Assembly: GCF_006345805.1 (NCBI RefSeq) | Contig: NC_043011.1 | Span: 13,652,464-13,716,463 of the forward strand | Direction: 5' to 3' | DNA from: Octopus sinensis | Lineage: Eukaryota | DNA length: 64,000 nt | In this document: positions 1 to 12,765 of the stretch, piece by piece | Position numbering within the stretch: the stretch's first letter is position 1 | Layout: each line of letters opens with the position of its first letter | Translations under genes and position numbers: made by a program | The notes under the pieces: generated by a model | The model's input: only the letters and a program-made list of their open reading frames with translations | Told to the model about the DNA's origin: nothing | Databases searched by the model: none

Positions 1-328
1 ATATTCTTAAGAAACAATTAATTCTTATATGACACTTATGAACTAGAGTATGTGCACGATCTTTTATTTTCGCTATATTCAACGTTTGATTGCTAAGTAC
101 GAGAACAATTAATAAACAATGACACAGAAAACATTTATAGACTTCATAAACGAATAATGGCAATAATGACGCATCATAAAATGCTAACATTAAAACAAAA
201 AAAAAAACAAGATCAGAAACCAAATGTTTTAATGACTTGTATTCAATAGCCCAATAAATAAATTTGAAAAATCTGAATTATTTCAATGGCTGTTTCAAAA
301 TCTCAGAAAATATTAAGTAATCAGATTA

Positions 329-535
329 AGGCGGCGAGCTGGGAGAATCGTTAACACGCCGGGCAAAATATTTAGCGGCATTTCGTCTGTCTTCACGTAT
401 TGTGTTCAAATTCCACAGGGGTCGATTTTATATTTCGGGGCCGATAAAATAAATACCAGTTGAGTCCTGGGGTCGATGTAATTTATTTACCCTTTCCCCG
501 AAATAGGTAGCCTAGTGCCAAAATTTGAAATCAAT
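329..535 (+). mobile_element. SINE family B copy (degenerate)
   Basis: ggcggcgagctgg...gttcaaattcc head and 'cggggccgataaaataaataccag' body, shared with more than 10 copies in the window (e.g. 13648-13880). Confidence 0.8.
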
Positions 536-544
536 ATTAATTCA

Positions 545-951
545 GGATCTTTTCGGTTTTTTAAAATAATTTCCACGTAACTAAACACTTTTAAACTTTG
601 TATACTGGTAGAATGTGTTTATAAAACATCTTTTTCTCTTGGCTTTATTGGGAAAATTCTACAGTTTGTAAGATATTTGTTGGCTTTTTTTCTTTAATTT
701 CTGCAATTTCAACCAATCAGTGACGTCTATTGAGTTAAAAAGCATTCTGTGCCGTATGAATATGTCCCTCGTTTAAGAAACAGATTGGGTTTATTTACAT
801 TTGTGAAGAAAAAAGATACCCTTCCCCCCACCCCTAACCCTAACCCTAAAACAGATTGAAATGCTATAGATCGATACTAGGGTCATAATTATGGGTGACA
901 ATTTCATATGACACCACTAAGAAAAAACTGCCGGTCAAACCGAAAAGATCC
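545..951. mobile_element. MITE family C (GG-terminated TIRs, 8-bp TSD; Merlin- or hAT-like)
   Basis: TIRs ggatcttttcggttt...aaaccgaaaagatcc; exact TSD ttaattca at 537-544 and 952-959; internal (taaccc)n. Confidence 0.9.
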
Positions 952-1601
952 TTAATTCATTCAAAACCAAAAAAATTATTTCTAAGATACCTTATAATAC
1001 ACCTCACAAGTCACTAAGTATGATTTCTACTCCTTCAAGACAAGCGAAGCTCTTTGTTGGCAACATTTTACTGCCATATTTCAGTTCTAACTGCCAAATT
1101 TAGTGAAGCCGTGCCAAACAAAATAACAAGCTGGCGACGGGAGATCAGGAAACTATGTTTGTGAATATAACGCAGTCGGAAGCTGAAGTAAATTTCATGC
1201 TCAGAAATTGGTGAATATATTTCGAGTTATATTTCACATCAGGATTATTGTTTTATATAGAGGAATATAATTTTGGTATAGCAGCCTGATGCTCTTAAAC
1301 TTTATATCACTATGCTCGGGGTGTACAGCGAGAAAGTACTTGCATTGCTTCACATATGTTTCCTCTCTGGTGACGAAGACGAAGTCTATTTATAAATCTA
1401 TTATTGTACTGGAATTGGTATTCAAACAGAATCCTCACCCTAAGGCAAATATTTGTCGTTTGTAAGACATTATCTCCGTTAATTTCAAGTTTCAGAAAGT
1501 GACTGTCACATTTCAGTAACGAACAGCTTCAGAATAGCTAAACTAAGATTCGAAACCGAATCCACATATTCCAACATTGTCAAACAAATCTTCAACCCTT
1601 T

Positions 1602-1906
1602 CGTCGCCCTTTTCAAGGGCTAGCCAGGCTCATGGGCCCGGTTTCCCGGTTTCTGTGGCGGCTGTGTTCCCCCCAACTGGACGGGACGCCAGTCCATCGC
1701 AGCGTTTCTCAAGAAACAGGAAGAGAGAGTGAGAGAAAGTTGTGGCGAAAGAGTACAACAGGGGTCACTACCACCCCCTGCCGGAGCCTCGTGGAGATTT
1801 TAGATGTTTTCGCTCAATAAACAAACACAACGCCCGGTCTGGGAATCGAAACCGCGATCCTCCGACCACGAGTCCGCTGCCCTAACCACTGGGCCATTGC
1901 GCCTCC
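1602..1906 (-). mobile_element. tRNA-derived SINE family D, full length
   Basis: Minus strand begins ggaggcgcaatggcccagtggttagg (A box) and has ggtttcgattccc (B box); ~14-bp TSD atctt(c/t)aaccctt at 1588 and 1907. Confidence 0.85.
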
Positions 1907-2952
1907 ATCTTTAACCCTTTAGAATTTAATAATTCAGTTATGACTGAAAAGCCAAGGGTTCAGTGCGTGACAGAAACTAGTATTTAGAACCAGAATTTAA
2001 AAGTTAAGTGATTAACCAAACAGAACTGGTAACAAGATCAGGCATTTCGGAATGGGATCGAACTTAGTATTTGGGTGCGATGAAATGTAAAGTTGACTCC
2101 GGTAGGGCTTGCACTCAGGATGTAAGGATTCATAACTAATGTCTAGAATTCCACTGTTTCTACAATCCCTTCGAAGGCCAGTACTTCACTATTTTATTGA
2201 CACAGGAATGTTTAAAGGTAAAGTCGACCTCACTGAAAGACAATCTCACAACATGGAAGAAAAACTAAATACTAAATTAAAAATTCGGGGTTGTCTCCCT
2301 TGCTTTGACTATCGTCAAGCATTTAGAAAATGATTTTTCCACCCTTTCAACACTGAGAGTGTAATTTTAACTATTGCATCAAGTACGTTAGCGCCTATTT
2401 TGCTACAAAATTTTTATGCAGTACCATGTCCCAGCATATTTTCATTTAGTCATATTTCTGAGTCACGCAAAACGTGATCCGGCTGATTACGAAATGGTGG
2501 ACCACTCAAATGGATGTTTTAGAGTTAGCGTCCTTCGTCGGTCCTTCTCAATGGCGTTATTGACCTTGGATTACCAAATGGAAGCATATTCTCGATTACT
2601 GTCTGATGTTGGAATATTAACTTTATTTCACCTTGTTTTGGTGGATGCTGAACCCTCTAATAATGTTTCTAGCATTTCTTGACAGTCAACAAGCAGCTGA
2701 AATCTTTCACAACAAATATAGAAAATTATGACTGTTTTGTATGAAATGTTCGTGTAGACGACCTTTCGCCCGCATTGATTAGGCAGAAGGCAGAAACTTA
2801 TGAGTTATTTGGAAATATTTGTCGTTTTCTTCACCGATGATACATTATATAGTTATAAAAGTGCCAAGGACAATTGGGTAATATATGAAATTCATATGGG
2901 TAGATGTTGCTGAGTGCTTCTTTAATGTAACACAGTCTTCAAATAACGTAAG

Positions 2953-3031
<79 letters not shown>

Positions 3032-3038
3032 ATAAGTG

Positions 3039-3469
3039 GGACTTTTCGGTTTGAACGGCAGTTTTTTCTAGCGGTGTCATATGAAATTGTCACCCATAAT
3101 TATGACCCTAGTATCGATCTATTGCATTTCAATCTCTTTTAGGGTTAGTTAGGGTTAGGGTTAGGGGTGGGGGGAAGGGTATCCTTTTTTCTTCACAAAT
3201 GTAAATAAACCCAATCTGTTTCTTAAACGAGGGACATATTCATACGGCACAGAATAGGTTTTTTTTACCTCAATAGACGTTAGTGATTGGTTGAAATTGC
3301 AGAAATTGAAGAAAAAAAAACAACAAATATCTTACAAACTATAGAATTTTCTCAATAAAGCCAAGAGAAAAAGATGTTTTATAAACACATTCTACCAGTA
3401 TACGGAGTTTAAAATTTTTTAGTTACCTAGAAATTATGTTAAAAACTGCCATTCAAACCGAAAAGATCC
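3039..3469. mobile_element. MITE family C, opposite orientation
   Basis: Same TIRs as 545-951; exact TSD tataagtg at 3031-3038 and 3470-3477; ttagggttagggttagggg at ~3150-3167. Confidence 0.9.
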
Positions 3470-3958
3470 TATAAGTGTGGGTTGTATGAGCTAACATACT
3501 CTTTCTTTTTTTTTTTTTTTAGCGGACTTAAGCTCATCTGGCTCCTATCAGTAATACGGTCGCATTAGACGCTGGACAAGTTTGAACACATTTGAAAAAT
3601 AAGAAGAAAAGCGCGTCTTATACGCTAACAAATACAGCCATTTTTGTTTTCTTTCTTGTTTTGCTAAGCATTTTGTAGATTGAAGAGATTTTTACATTTA
3701 AACTCAATGGTAGCTTCGTTTCTAAACTACTTGACTTAATAACGATTGCATCAGATTTATCTTTTGTCAGAGCTTTCTGCTATGGGACGAGCTTATTCGA
3801 TGCCAGCTGAAAGCTTAAACTTTGTATAGTTCATGAAAAAACACATTCTTGGTTACTTCCTGTGTTTGAATATTTACTTTAAGAAAGAGGGAAATATCTA
3901 TTTTTATTACAGTTCAGCCCATAAAAGCTTCATAGTAAATATGGGCCACGTTATAGTG

Positions 3959-3960
<2 letters not shown>

Positions 3961-4032
<72 letters not shown>

Positions 4033-4137
4033 GTGCGCGCGCGTGTGTGTGCGCGCGCGTGTCTGTGCGTGTGTGTGCGTGCGTGCGTGTGTGTGTGCGT
4101 GTGTGTGCGTGCGTGTGTGTGTGTGTGTGTGTGTGTG
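3961..4137. repeat. (TG)n/(CG)n microsatellite
   Basis: Seen directly; source of the CVCV ORFs. Confidence 0.95.
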
Positions 4138-5110
4138 TTATAATGGATTATATTCCGCTCAGTTAAAAGCTCTCTCTTTGGTTTGTAGATAACATCTACT
4201 TATAGAAAAAAAAGGCATCGTTGGAGAGGAATTGGCGTGTAAAGGGGACAGTTAGCTATGTGCCTATAACTGTACCCCTAGCCCCCCCCCCCCATTCAAT
4301 TGAAGATGTCCTCTTAAATAGAAATGGTAATGTATATGGCTTTGACGCTGAGATGAAAGTGCACAAGTAATATAAGCCTGAATGCGGTGAGTTTAGCATT
4401 GTGTGCCTTCAGTAAGTCATCTGATTGTGAAGATAAATAAATGAAGCTGTTTCAACAACAATCATTCACCTTCCTCTGTTTCCTGTGTAAGGTTAGGCAG
4501 ACGTGCAGCAGTTATAATGCCAATGTCGCTGTTTGTTTTCATAAAAGACAAGAATATAAGATAAAACAACAAGCTATGCTCGGGAGCTTCTTTAAATACA
4601 TCCACTTAGCAACGTAAAGTCGGTGACGTTCTGTCACATCTCATTGGATTGTTTCTCGATTCTGCATCGAGAGGTATTCAGGAGAGGCGTTATAGTAAAA
4701 TACCTCTTATCTTGTGGCCCAATTACCGGAACTCTCAAGCAACAGGTATCCAGAAGAAGAAAAAAATATGCAAGAAAATGTAATTGTTAATTGGAGTCAG
4801 GAGAATGTGTGTTAATTAATTAATAGTCATTCACAAAAAGCAACTTTCTGTTGCATGTAAAATGGATCGTTGCTTTTCAAAATGCAGCAGAGTAAAATAT
4901 TTATTTGCATTTACAGTAACTGTTTATTTAAAAAGTAGGTTATTAATGTCAATGTACTTTTATTTCTTCTTAATCTCTCATTTCTATTATATTCAGAATA
5001 CTGATGAAAATACTGATGTAAGCATGTGTGTGTGAGAGAGAGAGAGAGGGGGAGAGGGAGAGAGAGAGAGAGGGAGAGAGAGAGAGAATAACATGACAAA
5101 AGAGTAAACA

Positions 5111-5305
5111 TTTATCATATGAACTTCATTGGCTTACAGGTGTTTCTGCTATAAGATGCAGCGTACTCATATTTGAGTGCCTGAGTAACATCTCAGATCT
5201 TCATCGGAGCCTCGAATAAGGTGTTACTCAGGCACTCAACTACGAGTCCGCTGCATCTTATAGCAGAAACAACTGTAAGGTAATAATGAAGTTCATAAGA
5301 TAATC
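5111..5305. repeat. Imperfect fold-back element containing a degenerate hammerhead motif
   Basis: Arms ~5111-5190 and ~5222-5305 are reverse complements. Minus strand 5211-5131 reads ggct-CCGATGA...GAAAC-acct-GTA-agcc. Confidence 0.7.
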
Positions 5306-5436
5306 GTTTATTTGTTTGTCATCACATTTTCTTAGTACTACTTTGTATTCGATTAACGCTTCGTTCTGAAGAATACGTGTATTGAGTTCTACACCAGGTT
5401 ATTAGTCTCGCAAAGGCCTAAGTGTGAGATATCCCT

Positions 5437-5648
5437 TTTTACCCTTTTACTTGTTTCAGTCATTTGACTGTGGCCATGCTGGAGCACCGCCTTTAGTCGA
5501 GCAAATCGACTCCCCAGGACTTATTCTTTGTAAGCCTAGTACTTATTCTATCGGTCTCTTTTGCCGAACCGCTAAGTTACAGGGACGTAAACACACCAGC
5601 ATCGGTTGTCAAGCAATGCTAGGGGGACAAACACAGACACACAAACAC
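5437..5648 (-). mobile_element. SINE family A, 3' half
   Basis: ttttacttgtttcagtcatttgactgtggccatgctggagcaccgcc matches the 3' end of full copies such as 43514-43984. Confidence 0.85.
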
Positions 5649-5880
5649 CTCTGTTAATTAAAGTAATAAATATTACCGCTTACTTCACTACCTACATGGT
5701 AAAATATCATGACAAATATTTTTTTCTCTTAAATTACACTTGTGTATTGCAATGTTAAAGAGTGATGTCTAAGCACAAACATCTAAGAATGTGGGAACGT
5801 TGAAAATATTTCTGTAATAGACACAAAAAAAAACAGAGTCGCCGGTTTCAAATAATTAAATATAAAATACTGTACAGACA

Positions 5881-6205
5881 TTACGGAGATGTACTTGCAT
5901 AGCAAGTGATTTGATCTGAGACCGTGTGCTGGAACGAAAGCAATTGCAGCATGGAAGGTGTTTGTAAGCCATTTAAGAAACACACAAAAGCCGTTCGATT
6001 CACTTCAACATTTAAGTTTAATTTGTCAAAATATTTTCGTCGCTATAAGACCGCGACCTGTTCACTGACAAAAATCCGTGCTCAGTGAACAGGTCGCGGT
6101 CTTATAGCGACGAAAATATTTTGACAAATTAAACTTAAATGTTGAAGTGAATCGAACGGCTTTTGTGTGTTTCTTAAATGGCTTACAAACACCTTCCATG
6201 CTGAA
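5881..6205. mobile_element. Fold-back insertion with 122-bp inverted arms (Penelope pLTR-like) and 12-bp TSD
   Basis: Arms 5947-6068 and 6082-6203 with a 13-nt spacer; direct repeat actgtacagaca at 5869-5880 and 6206-6217. Confidence 0.8.
6021..6075 (-). ncRNA. Putative type I hammerhead ribozyme, G3-C8 core variant
   Basis: Minus strand: tttgtca-GUGAACA-g-gtcgc(loop)gcgac-GAAA-a-ta-UUU-tgacaaa; 7-bp stem I, 5-bp stem II. Confidence 0.55.
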
Positions 6206-6589
6206 ACTGTACAGACAAAATATTTTAAACAGAACAGCACGACAAGGGAGATAATTACAATCTAGCACACCTGTAGTAATGTCCCTTATATGTAAACTCT
6301 GCAATCGTTCGCGTTTATTGTTTAGCTTCATCTTGAGAACAGCTGTAGACGAGTTAAACCTGACGGTCCAGTTATGTCGTCCTCTTTACGGTCTGTATGA
6401 CTGGGGCGATTCGAGTTAAAAAAAAAAAAGAAAACAAAAACCAGAACAGTAGATTACTATATAAGAGTGAGAGAAATTTGGCTGTTATAGGAGGTCAACT
6501 GACCTTTGGTACCGTTCACCGAATTGTAAATACAGGCAACATCTGCGTTACGGCGGTCTCTGGTTACGGAATATCACACTTAACGGAAA

Positions 6590-6664
6590 ATGTATGTATG
6601 TATGTGTGTGTATGTATGTATGTGTATGCGTTTTTGCGTGTGTATGTATATATGTACGTACGCG

Positions 6665-6703
<39 letters not shown>

Positions 6704-6835
6704 ATGTATGTATGTACGTATGTATGTATGTATGCATGTATGTATGTATGCATGCATGCATGTATGTATGTATGTATGTATGTATGTATGTATGCATGCA
6801 TGTATGTAAGTATGTATGTATGTATGTGTGTAGAT
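6590..6835. repeat. (TATG)n/(TG)n microsatellite
   Basis: Seen directly. Confidence 0.95.
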
Positions 6836-7004
6836 TTGTATGCTTTCTGGTGCCAACCCAGCCACCAATCAGCAACAATAATATACGGCATGAAATAGAT
6901 TTAAGTAAATCCATTTCAAATAAAAAACACAATATGGCGTCCTTGTGTGTTTTAAAAACTGAATGAAATGTCTTTGATCTTAGGTCTACGAAGATTGACT
7001 TATT

Positions 7005-7215
7005 TTTATTTGTTTCAATTATTGGACTGCGACCCTGCTGGAGCAACACCTTGAAGGATTCCAGTCGAACAGATCGCCCTCCAGTACTTATTTTAAGTCT
7101 GGTTCTTATTCTATCGGAACTTTTTGCCGAACTGCTAAGTGACGGGGACGTAAACAACCTGACACAAATTTCAAACGGGGTCACACACACACACGCACAC
7201 ACACACACACACACA
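7005..7215 (-). mobile_element. SINE family A, degenerate 3' half
   Basis: gactgcgaccctgctggagc...tttttgccgaactgctaagtgacggggacgtaaaca. Confidence 0.7.
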
Positions 7216-8011
7216 ACATCTTTCACTCATGCTTACAAGATATTGATATGCATGCCGATATGTCATAATAGAGATTAGATGCAAGAAATGAAAAGGATGA
7301 ATGTTTGAACCATTTGTTTGATAAAGAAACAATTTAGCAGGAACCAATACTCTTCTTCAGCAACCGCCAAGAAAATTATGCACGCGAAAGAATCCAGATG
7401 AGATAAGAAATCAAATAGACTACATGCTTTAAAAACCAACGCTTTAAAAACTGTTGAAAACTTACAAAAAACATATCGCTTCAGACTAGAATCCAGTTTT
7501 AATTAAATTATAAAAAATGTTTAAGATTATTTTAAACGGCAAAAAGATGAGAATAACTAAACTTAAATTTGGTAAAACAGATGGAAAGCGGTTAGAAATA
7601 TAATATGGAGATATGAAAACAAGCATGAAAAACATTCCAATGCCAAATATGCCGAAAATAGACTTAATCGTCAATAACCATATAATTTATCACTATAAGA
7701 CTTAAGTCTACCACTCAAGAACAAGAATTATCACCCGTTTAACACAACTTGGTGTTCGGGTGCTTTTAATGGAGTCTGCTCTGTTCTAAGTATTCAAGGT
7801 AAAGTACCCGACTGGAAGATAATTTCCTACATTCCTCCTGTCAGTTACAGAGGACTTTAAAATGTCTCAGTCGCTATTTTTTATCTTCTGGCTGTCATCG
7901 ACATATTATTGTAGACAAATTGTCTCATGGTAGAATACTTATATTATTGTTGAGTGATTATCTAAAAGAAGCTGCCTTGTCGTACTCACAATATCATAAC
8001 ATTATGATATG

Positions 8012-8152
8012 CAGCACGAAATTTTGTCAGTGAACAGGTCGCGGTCCCAAAGCGACGAAAATATTTTGACAAATTAAATTTAAATGTTGAAGTGAATCTA
8101 ACGGTTTTGTGTGTTTCTTAAATGGCTTATAAACACCTTCCACGCTGCAATT
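8012..8152 (+). repeat. Third, diverged copy of the 5947-6203 arm including the G3-C8 hammerhead-like motif
   Basis: attttgtcagtgaacaggtcgcggtcccaaagcgacgaaaatattttgacaaat at 8021-8074. Confidence 0.75.
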
Positions 8153-8404
8153 GTATTAAAAACAATATAGCGATATATATTAGCGACAGAGGCAATATTA
8201 ATACCGAGAGGTAATATTTATCCTCACTTAAACGCGGATGTTCAATTAGAACAAACTATACTGCTTTAGTTACCACGAGAGAAAGCTAATGTGAGAGTTT
8301 CTCTCGTGGTCGCTATCGCAGAACTCTAATAGAACATCTACGCTTAAGTGATGATAAATATAATGATATTCTGCAACAACTTCACCTCACCTCTCTCTCT
8401 CTCG

Positions 8405-8465
<61 letters not shown>

Positions 8466-8563
8466 CTCTCTCTCGCTCTCTCTTAACGACCTCCAACACG
8501 GCACCTGTAGAAACCAGATCTACTGGTATCCTACTCTTCTTTTCCACCAAGTGGCCAGCTGTG

Positions 8564-8860
8564 TGGAGGCACATGGCCTAGTGGTTAGAGTAGCGGACTC
8601 GCGGTTGAGGGATCGCGGGTTCGAATCTCAGACCGGGTGATGTGTGTGTTTATGAGCGGAACACCTAAGCTTCACACGGCTCCGGCAGAAGGTAATGGCG
8701 AACTTCTGCTGACTCTTTCGCCACAATTTTCTCTCACTCTTTCCTCCTGCATCTTGCAGCTCACCTGCGATGGACCGGCGTCCCGTCCAGGTGGGGGACC
8801 TATACGTCAAGGAAACCGGGAAACCGGCCCTTATGAGCCAGGGATGGCCCGAGAAGGAAC
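8564..8860 (+). mobile_element. tRNA-derived SINE family D
   Basis: ggaggcacatggcctagtggttagag (A box) and gggttcgaatctc (B box); body similar to 1602-1906. Confidence 0.85.
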
Positions 8861-9217
8861 AAACAAGTGGCCAACTGCCACCATGTAGAAATTTGGTGAA
8901 AGTTATGTTGTGGTTCTTGGTATCAGAAAAGCTGTGTCAGTTATGCGAATTTCCAATCGAAACTGCCCGGCTTCGCTAGTCTGTCATGTCTTGTATCTGT
9001 AACTTCCTATCAGACTGCACTATCGTAACTTATTATTGGTGGAGCCCTATTTGTTTCATATTCTATTCTACTTCGGTGGTCTCAGGATTCGGTTTTGCAT
9101 CCGCTCTTCCTGCTGTACATCAATTATCTACTTGCCGTTACGTCTAATAGCACCCTCTATTTAGTAGATGATAGAATAGTCATGTAATTGTAGACTGATT
9201 ATTTCATGGTAGAGTTG

Positions 9218-9631
9218 GGATCTTTTCGGTTTGAACGGCAGTTTTTTAAAATAATTTTCACGTAACTAAAAATTTTAAACTTCGTATACTGGCAGAATGT
9301 GTTTATAAAACATCTTTTTCTCTTGGCTTTATTGAGAAAATTCTATAGTTCGTAAGATATTGTTGTTGTTTTTTCTTCAATTTCTGCAATTTCAACGAAT
9401 CACTGACGTCTGTTGAGGTAAAAATAACATTCTGTGCCGTATGGATATGTCCCTCATTTAAGAAACAGATTGGGTTTATTTACATTTCTGAAGAAAAAAA
9501 GATACCCTTCCCCCTAACTCTAACCCAAAAACAGATTGAAATGCAATAGATCGATACTAGGTTCATAATTATGGGTGACAATTTCATATGACACCGCTAG
9601 AAAAAAACTGCCGCTCAAACCGAAAAGATCC
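9218..9631. mobile_element. MITE family C
   Basis: TIRs ggatcttttcggtttgaacggcag / ctgccgctcaaaccgaaaagatcc; no clean TSD. Confidence 0.88.
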
Positions 9632-9861
9632 AAGTTATTATATTATTGTAGACTGAACAGTGTAGATTGAATACAGTAATAAGCGATAGCCAGCTAGAGG
9701 AGGCGGCCTCTTGGGTAGTATCGTCGGTTCGTACGGAACAGCCATGTTGAAGAGGCGACAAACATCACTTCTCAGTATTATAGTTAATACTTTCGCATCA
9801 TATAGAGACTTTTTAACTAGCAACTTTGCCTATTGAAGTTTTAACGATAGAAAATTAAGGA

Positions 9862-10110
9862 AGTTCTATTGTGTCTGGGGAGAGTCATTTTCTTTTTGTG
9901 CCTTTTTGAGTGAAAACTATTGAAAAGGTTGCAACGAAAATTTTAGGACAATAAAAATAAGAAAAACGTGGAAATTTTACCGGTGAGTGTGCTACATAAT
10001 AAGGCACAAGAAAGAAAATGACTCTCCCCAGACACAATAGAATATGCTTCAACACACAAACTCACATAAAGAATCTTGCAAACCAAATCCAAAAACGAAA
10101 TTCAGGAAGG
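9862..10110. repeat. Fold-back element, same family as 37505-37832
   Basis: ttctattgtgtctggggagagtcattttc (9863) is inverted at ~10014-10042. Confidence 0.75.
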
Positions 10111-10249
10111 TTAAGATATAATGTCTGCTAGACTTCGCCAGACCTGTGTTAAACCATAAATTTTAACTTTGAGTCTTTATGCAAACTGGCACTGAAAACA
10201 GGGTTGGTACAGAAACAATTGCATCGGATTATTAAAGATGTGTTAAAAT

Positions 10250-10400
10250 TAGCACGTTGGGCAAAATGCTTTGCGGCATTTCGTCCGTCTTTACGTTCTG
10301 AGTTCAAATTCCGCATAGGTCGACTTTGCCTTTCATCCTTTCGGGATTGATAAATTAAGTACCAGTAAAACTCTAGGGTCCATGTAGTCGTCGTGCCTTT
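10250..10400 (+). mobile_element. SINE family B, partial
   Basis: gttctgagttcaaattccg...cctttcatcctttcggg. Confidence 0.75.
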
Positions 10401-11209
10401 AATATAAAGGATAATTTAGATTTTATTTTACTCTTCGCTAAACCCACACAACGTTTTTACCGTCGTGAAACCAGGATTTTCTACATCCGAAGAATTTCAG
10501 TAATAGTCTGGAAGCCTAAAGCTCGGGTTGAGTACTGCATTGGAAATACCTTGTCTTTACAGCTTACCAGTGCCTTAGATTTTACACACACACACGTGTG
10601 TGTGTGTGTGTGTGTATGTATAAGACAGCACTGCTCCCTATAGAATCACATTCTTTATTTGTGTGAATTTTACGCCTAAAATGTGATGCCATATTCACTT
10701 TAAGTTACCTGAGACACATTTAATAGGGATTGGTGATACCGCTCCCACCCGAGGGATCCTGGATTGCTACTACAATTATACCAGAGATATTTCTTCACTC
10801 CTTACGGTAATCTATGGGAGGAATCTATCTAATATATGTATTTAGGGCTCCATCCAGAGGTAAATTAGCCTCACGTTTGCCGAACCGTGTCATGGGCACC
10901 GGAGAAGAAAGTAAAATAGTAAAAAGCTGGACAACAGCCATACAAGAATGTTGTTATCGTGTTGTGATTCTTTCACATTCATCGGCAGCTGCCTGTTTTA
11001 TGGGGCATCATGAATATGCTGACAAGACTTATAGTAGTTCTGTCGCTCCATCCAAAAAGTAATTTCAAGCAGCAGACAACCCAGATTCTCAATTATGACA
11101 ACAAGAAGAAAAAAAAAGAGTTTGGTGTGCTTTCTGTTGTCTGTCTGGACGAATATAAAAGATTAAGGCCAGGTGCAACGAGGTAGGTGCTGGAGAATTG
11201 GAGGACAAA

Positions 11210-11210
11210 T

Positions 11211-11242
<32 letters not shown>

Positions 11243-11295
11243 GGAGGGAGAGAGAGAGAAAAGGGGGAGAGAAGAGGGAGGGGGAAAGAGAGCTG

Positions 11296-11328
<33 letters not shown>

Positions 11329-11364
11329 TGTATGAATGTATGTATGTATGTATGTATGTATGTG

Positions 11365-11431
<67 letters not shown>

Positions 11432-11542
11432 AATGCATACGTACATACATATATACATAAACATATACATATATATACATATATATGTATATAAACATAT
11501 ATACATATATATACACACACACATATATATATACATATATAT

Positions 11543-11588
<46 letters not shown>

Positions 11589-11700
11589 TATATACATGCA
11601 TGCATACATACATGCATACATACATACATACATACATACATACATACATACATACATACATACATACATGCATACATACATACATACATACATATACATA
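11210..11700. repeat. Compound (GA)n/(TA)n/(CATA)n microsatellite
   Basis: Seen directly. Confidence 0.95.
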
Positions 11701-12300
11701 GTACAGAGAAAAAGAGAATTATATGAAAAAAGAGAAAGAACAAGTTTGTTACAGAGAGAGAGGGGGGGATGGGAAGAGAGAAAGGAGAAAAGGAAAAGAA
11801 AGATATTGAGAAGGAGAAACAGACAATGGTTTTATTTCCAGTCCCCCACCCCCATCTTCCCAGTCATCCACCTGCTCGTCTTCTCAAGCTGTGTTGAGTA
11901 ACACCGACTGGTATACATTCTTCCTTGCACCCTTCTTACTTGGCCATCCTTAAACACCCCTAATGTCTGTCTGCTTTCACTGAATAACGACATAGTTGTA
12001 TTCGGTTGTATGCTATGTAAATATCAATTCAATTGATTTTACCACTTGGCTTTCAGCAGTTGCAGACACTTCTTAAGGGAAGAACAATAGTTAGGGGGAA
12101 GCGGAGGCTAGGAACAGCAGGGAGCCTACGCAAAGCAGAAAATGGTTGAGATAAAAAGATGGAAGGGAAACTTAACTGCTTTGTCTGGCTGTCTCTAAAG
12201 TGTATAGCGTAAACTCTCTCTCCGCACAAGTAGACAGGAGCCTCTATGAGGTCGCTCGACCTATTAGAAACAGCAGCCAAATATCTGTCATATCACATCC

Positions 12301-12765
12301 TATTTCTTTATTGCCCACAAGGGGCTAAACACAGAGGGGACAAACAAGGACAGACAAACGGATTAAGTTGATTATATATCGACCCCAGTGCGTAACTGGT
12401 ATTTATTTTATCGACCCTGAAAGGATGAAAGGCAAAGTTGACCAGAGCAGGATTTGAACTCAGAACATATAGAGCCAGAAGAAAATACTGCTGCAAAATT
12501 CTACTGATTCTGCAAATCCAATACCTATTTCTTTACTACCCACAAGGGGCTAAACACAGAGAGGACAAACAAGGACAGACAAACGGATTAAATCGATTAC
12601 ATCGACCCCTGTGCGTAACTGGTACTTATTTAATCGACCCCGAAAGGATGAAAGACAAAGTCGACCTCGGCGGAATTTGAACTCAGAACGTAGCGGCAGA
12701 CGAAATACGGCTACGCATTTCGCCCAGCGTGCTAACGATTCTGCCAGCTCACATCCTACCGCCTT
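12301..12765 (-). mobile_element. Two tandem SINE family B copies
   Basis: tatttcttta(t/c)t..ccacaaggggctaaacacagag occurs at 12301 and ~12526. Confidence 0.85.

Noticed and set aside
830-850. Telomere or true interstitial telomeric array
   Set aside because: Only 2-3 units, internal to a MITE.
1160-1570. Hammerhead-like words (ctgaagt..gaaa, ctggtga..cgaaac); similar at 5366, 7354, 47712, 57602 and 61828
   Set aside because: Core mismatches and no convincing stems I or II.
8564-8635. tRNA gene
   Set aside because: It is the tRNA-derived head of a SINE and continues into the SINE body; the same holds for the other A/B-box hits.
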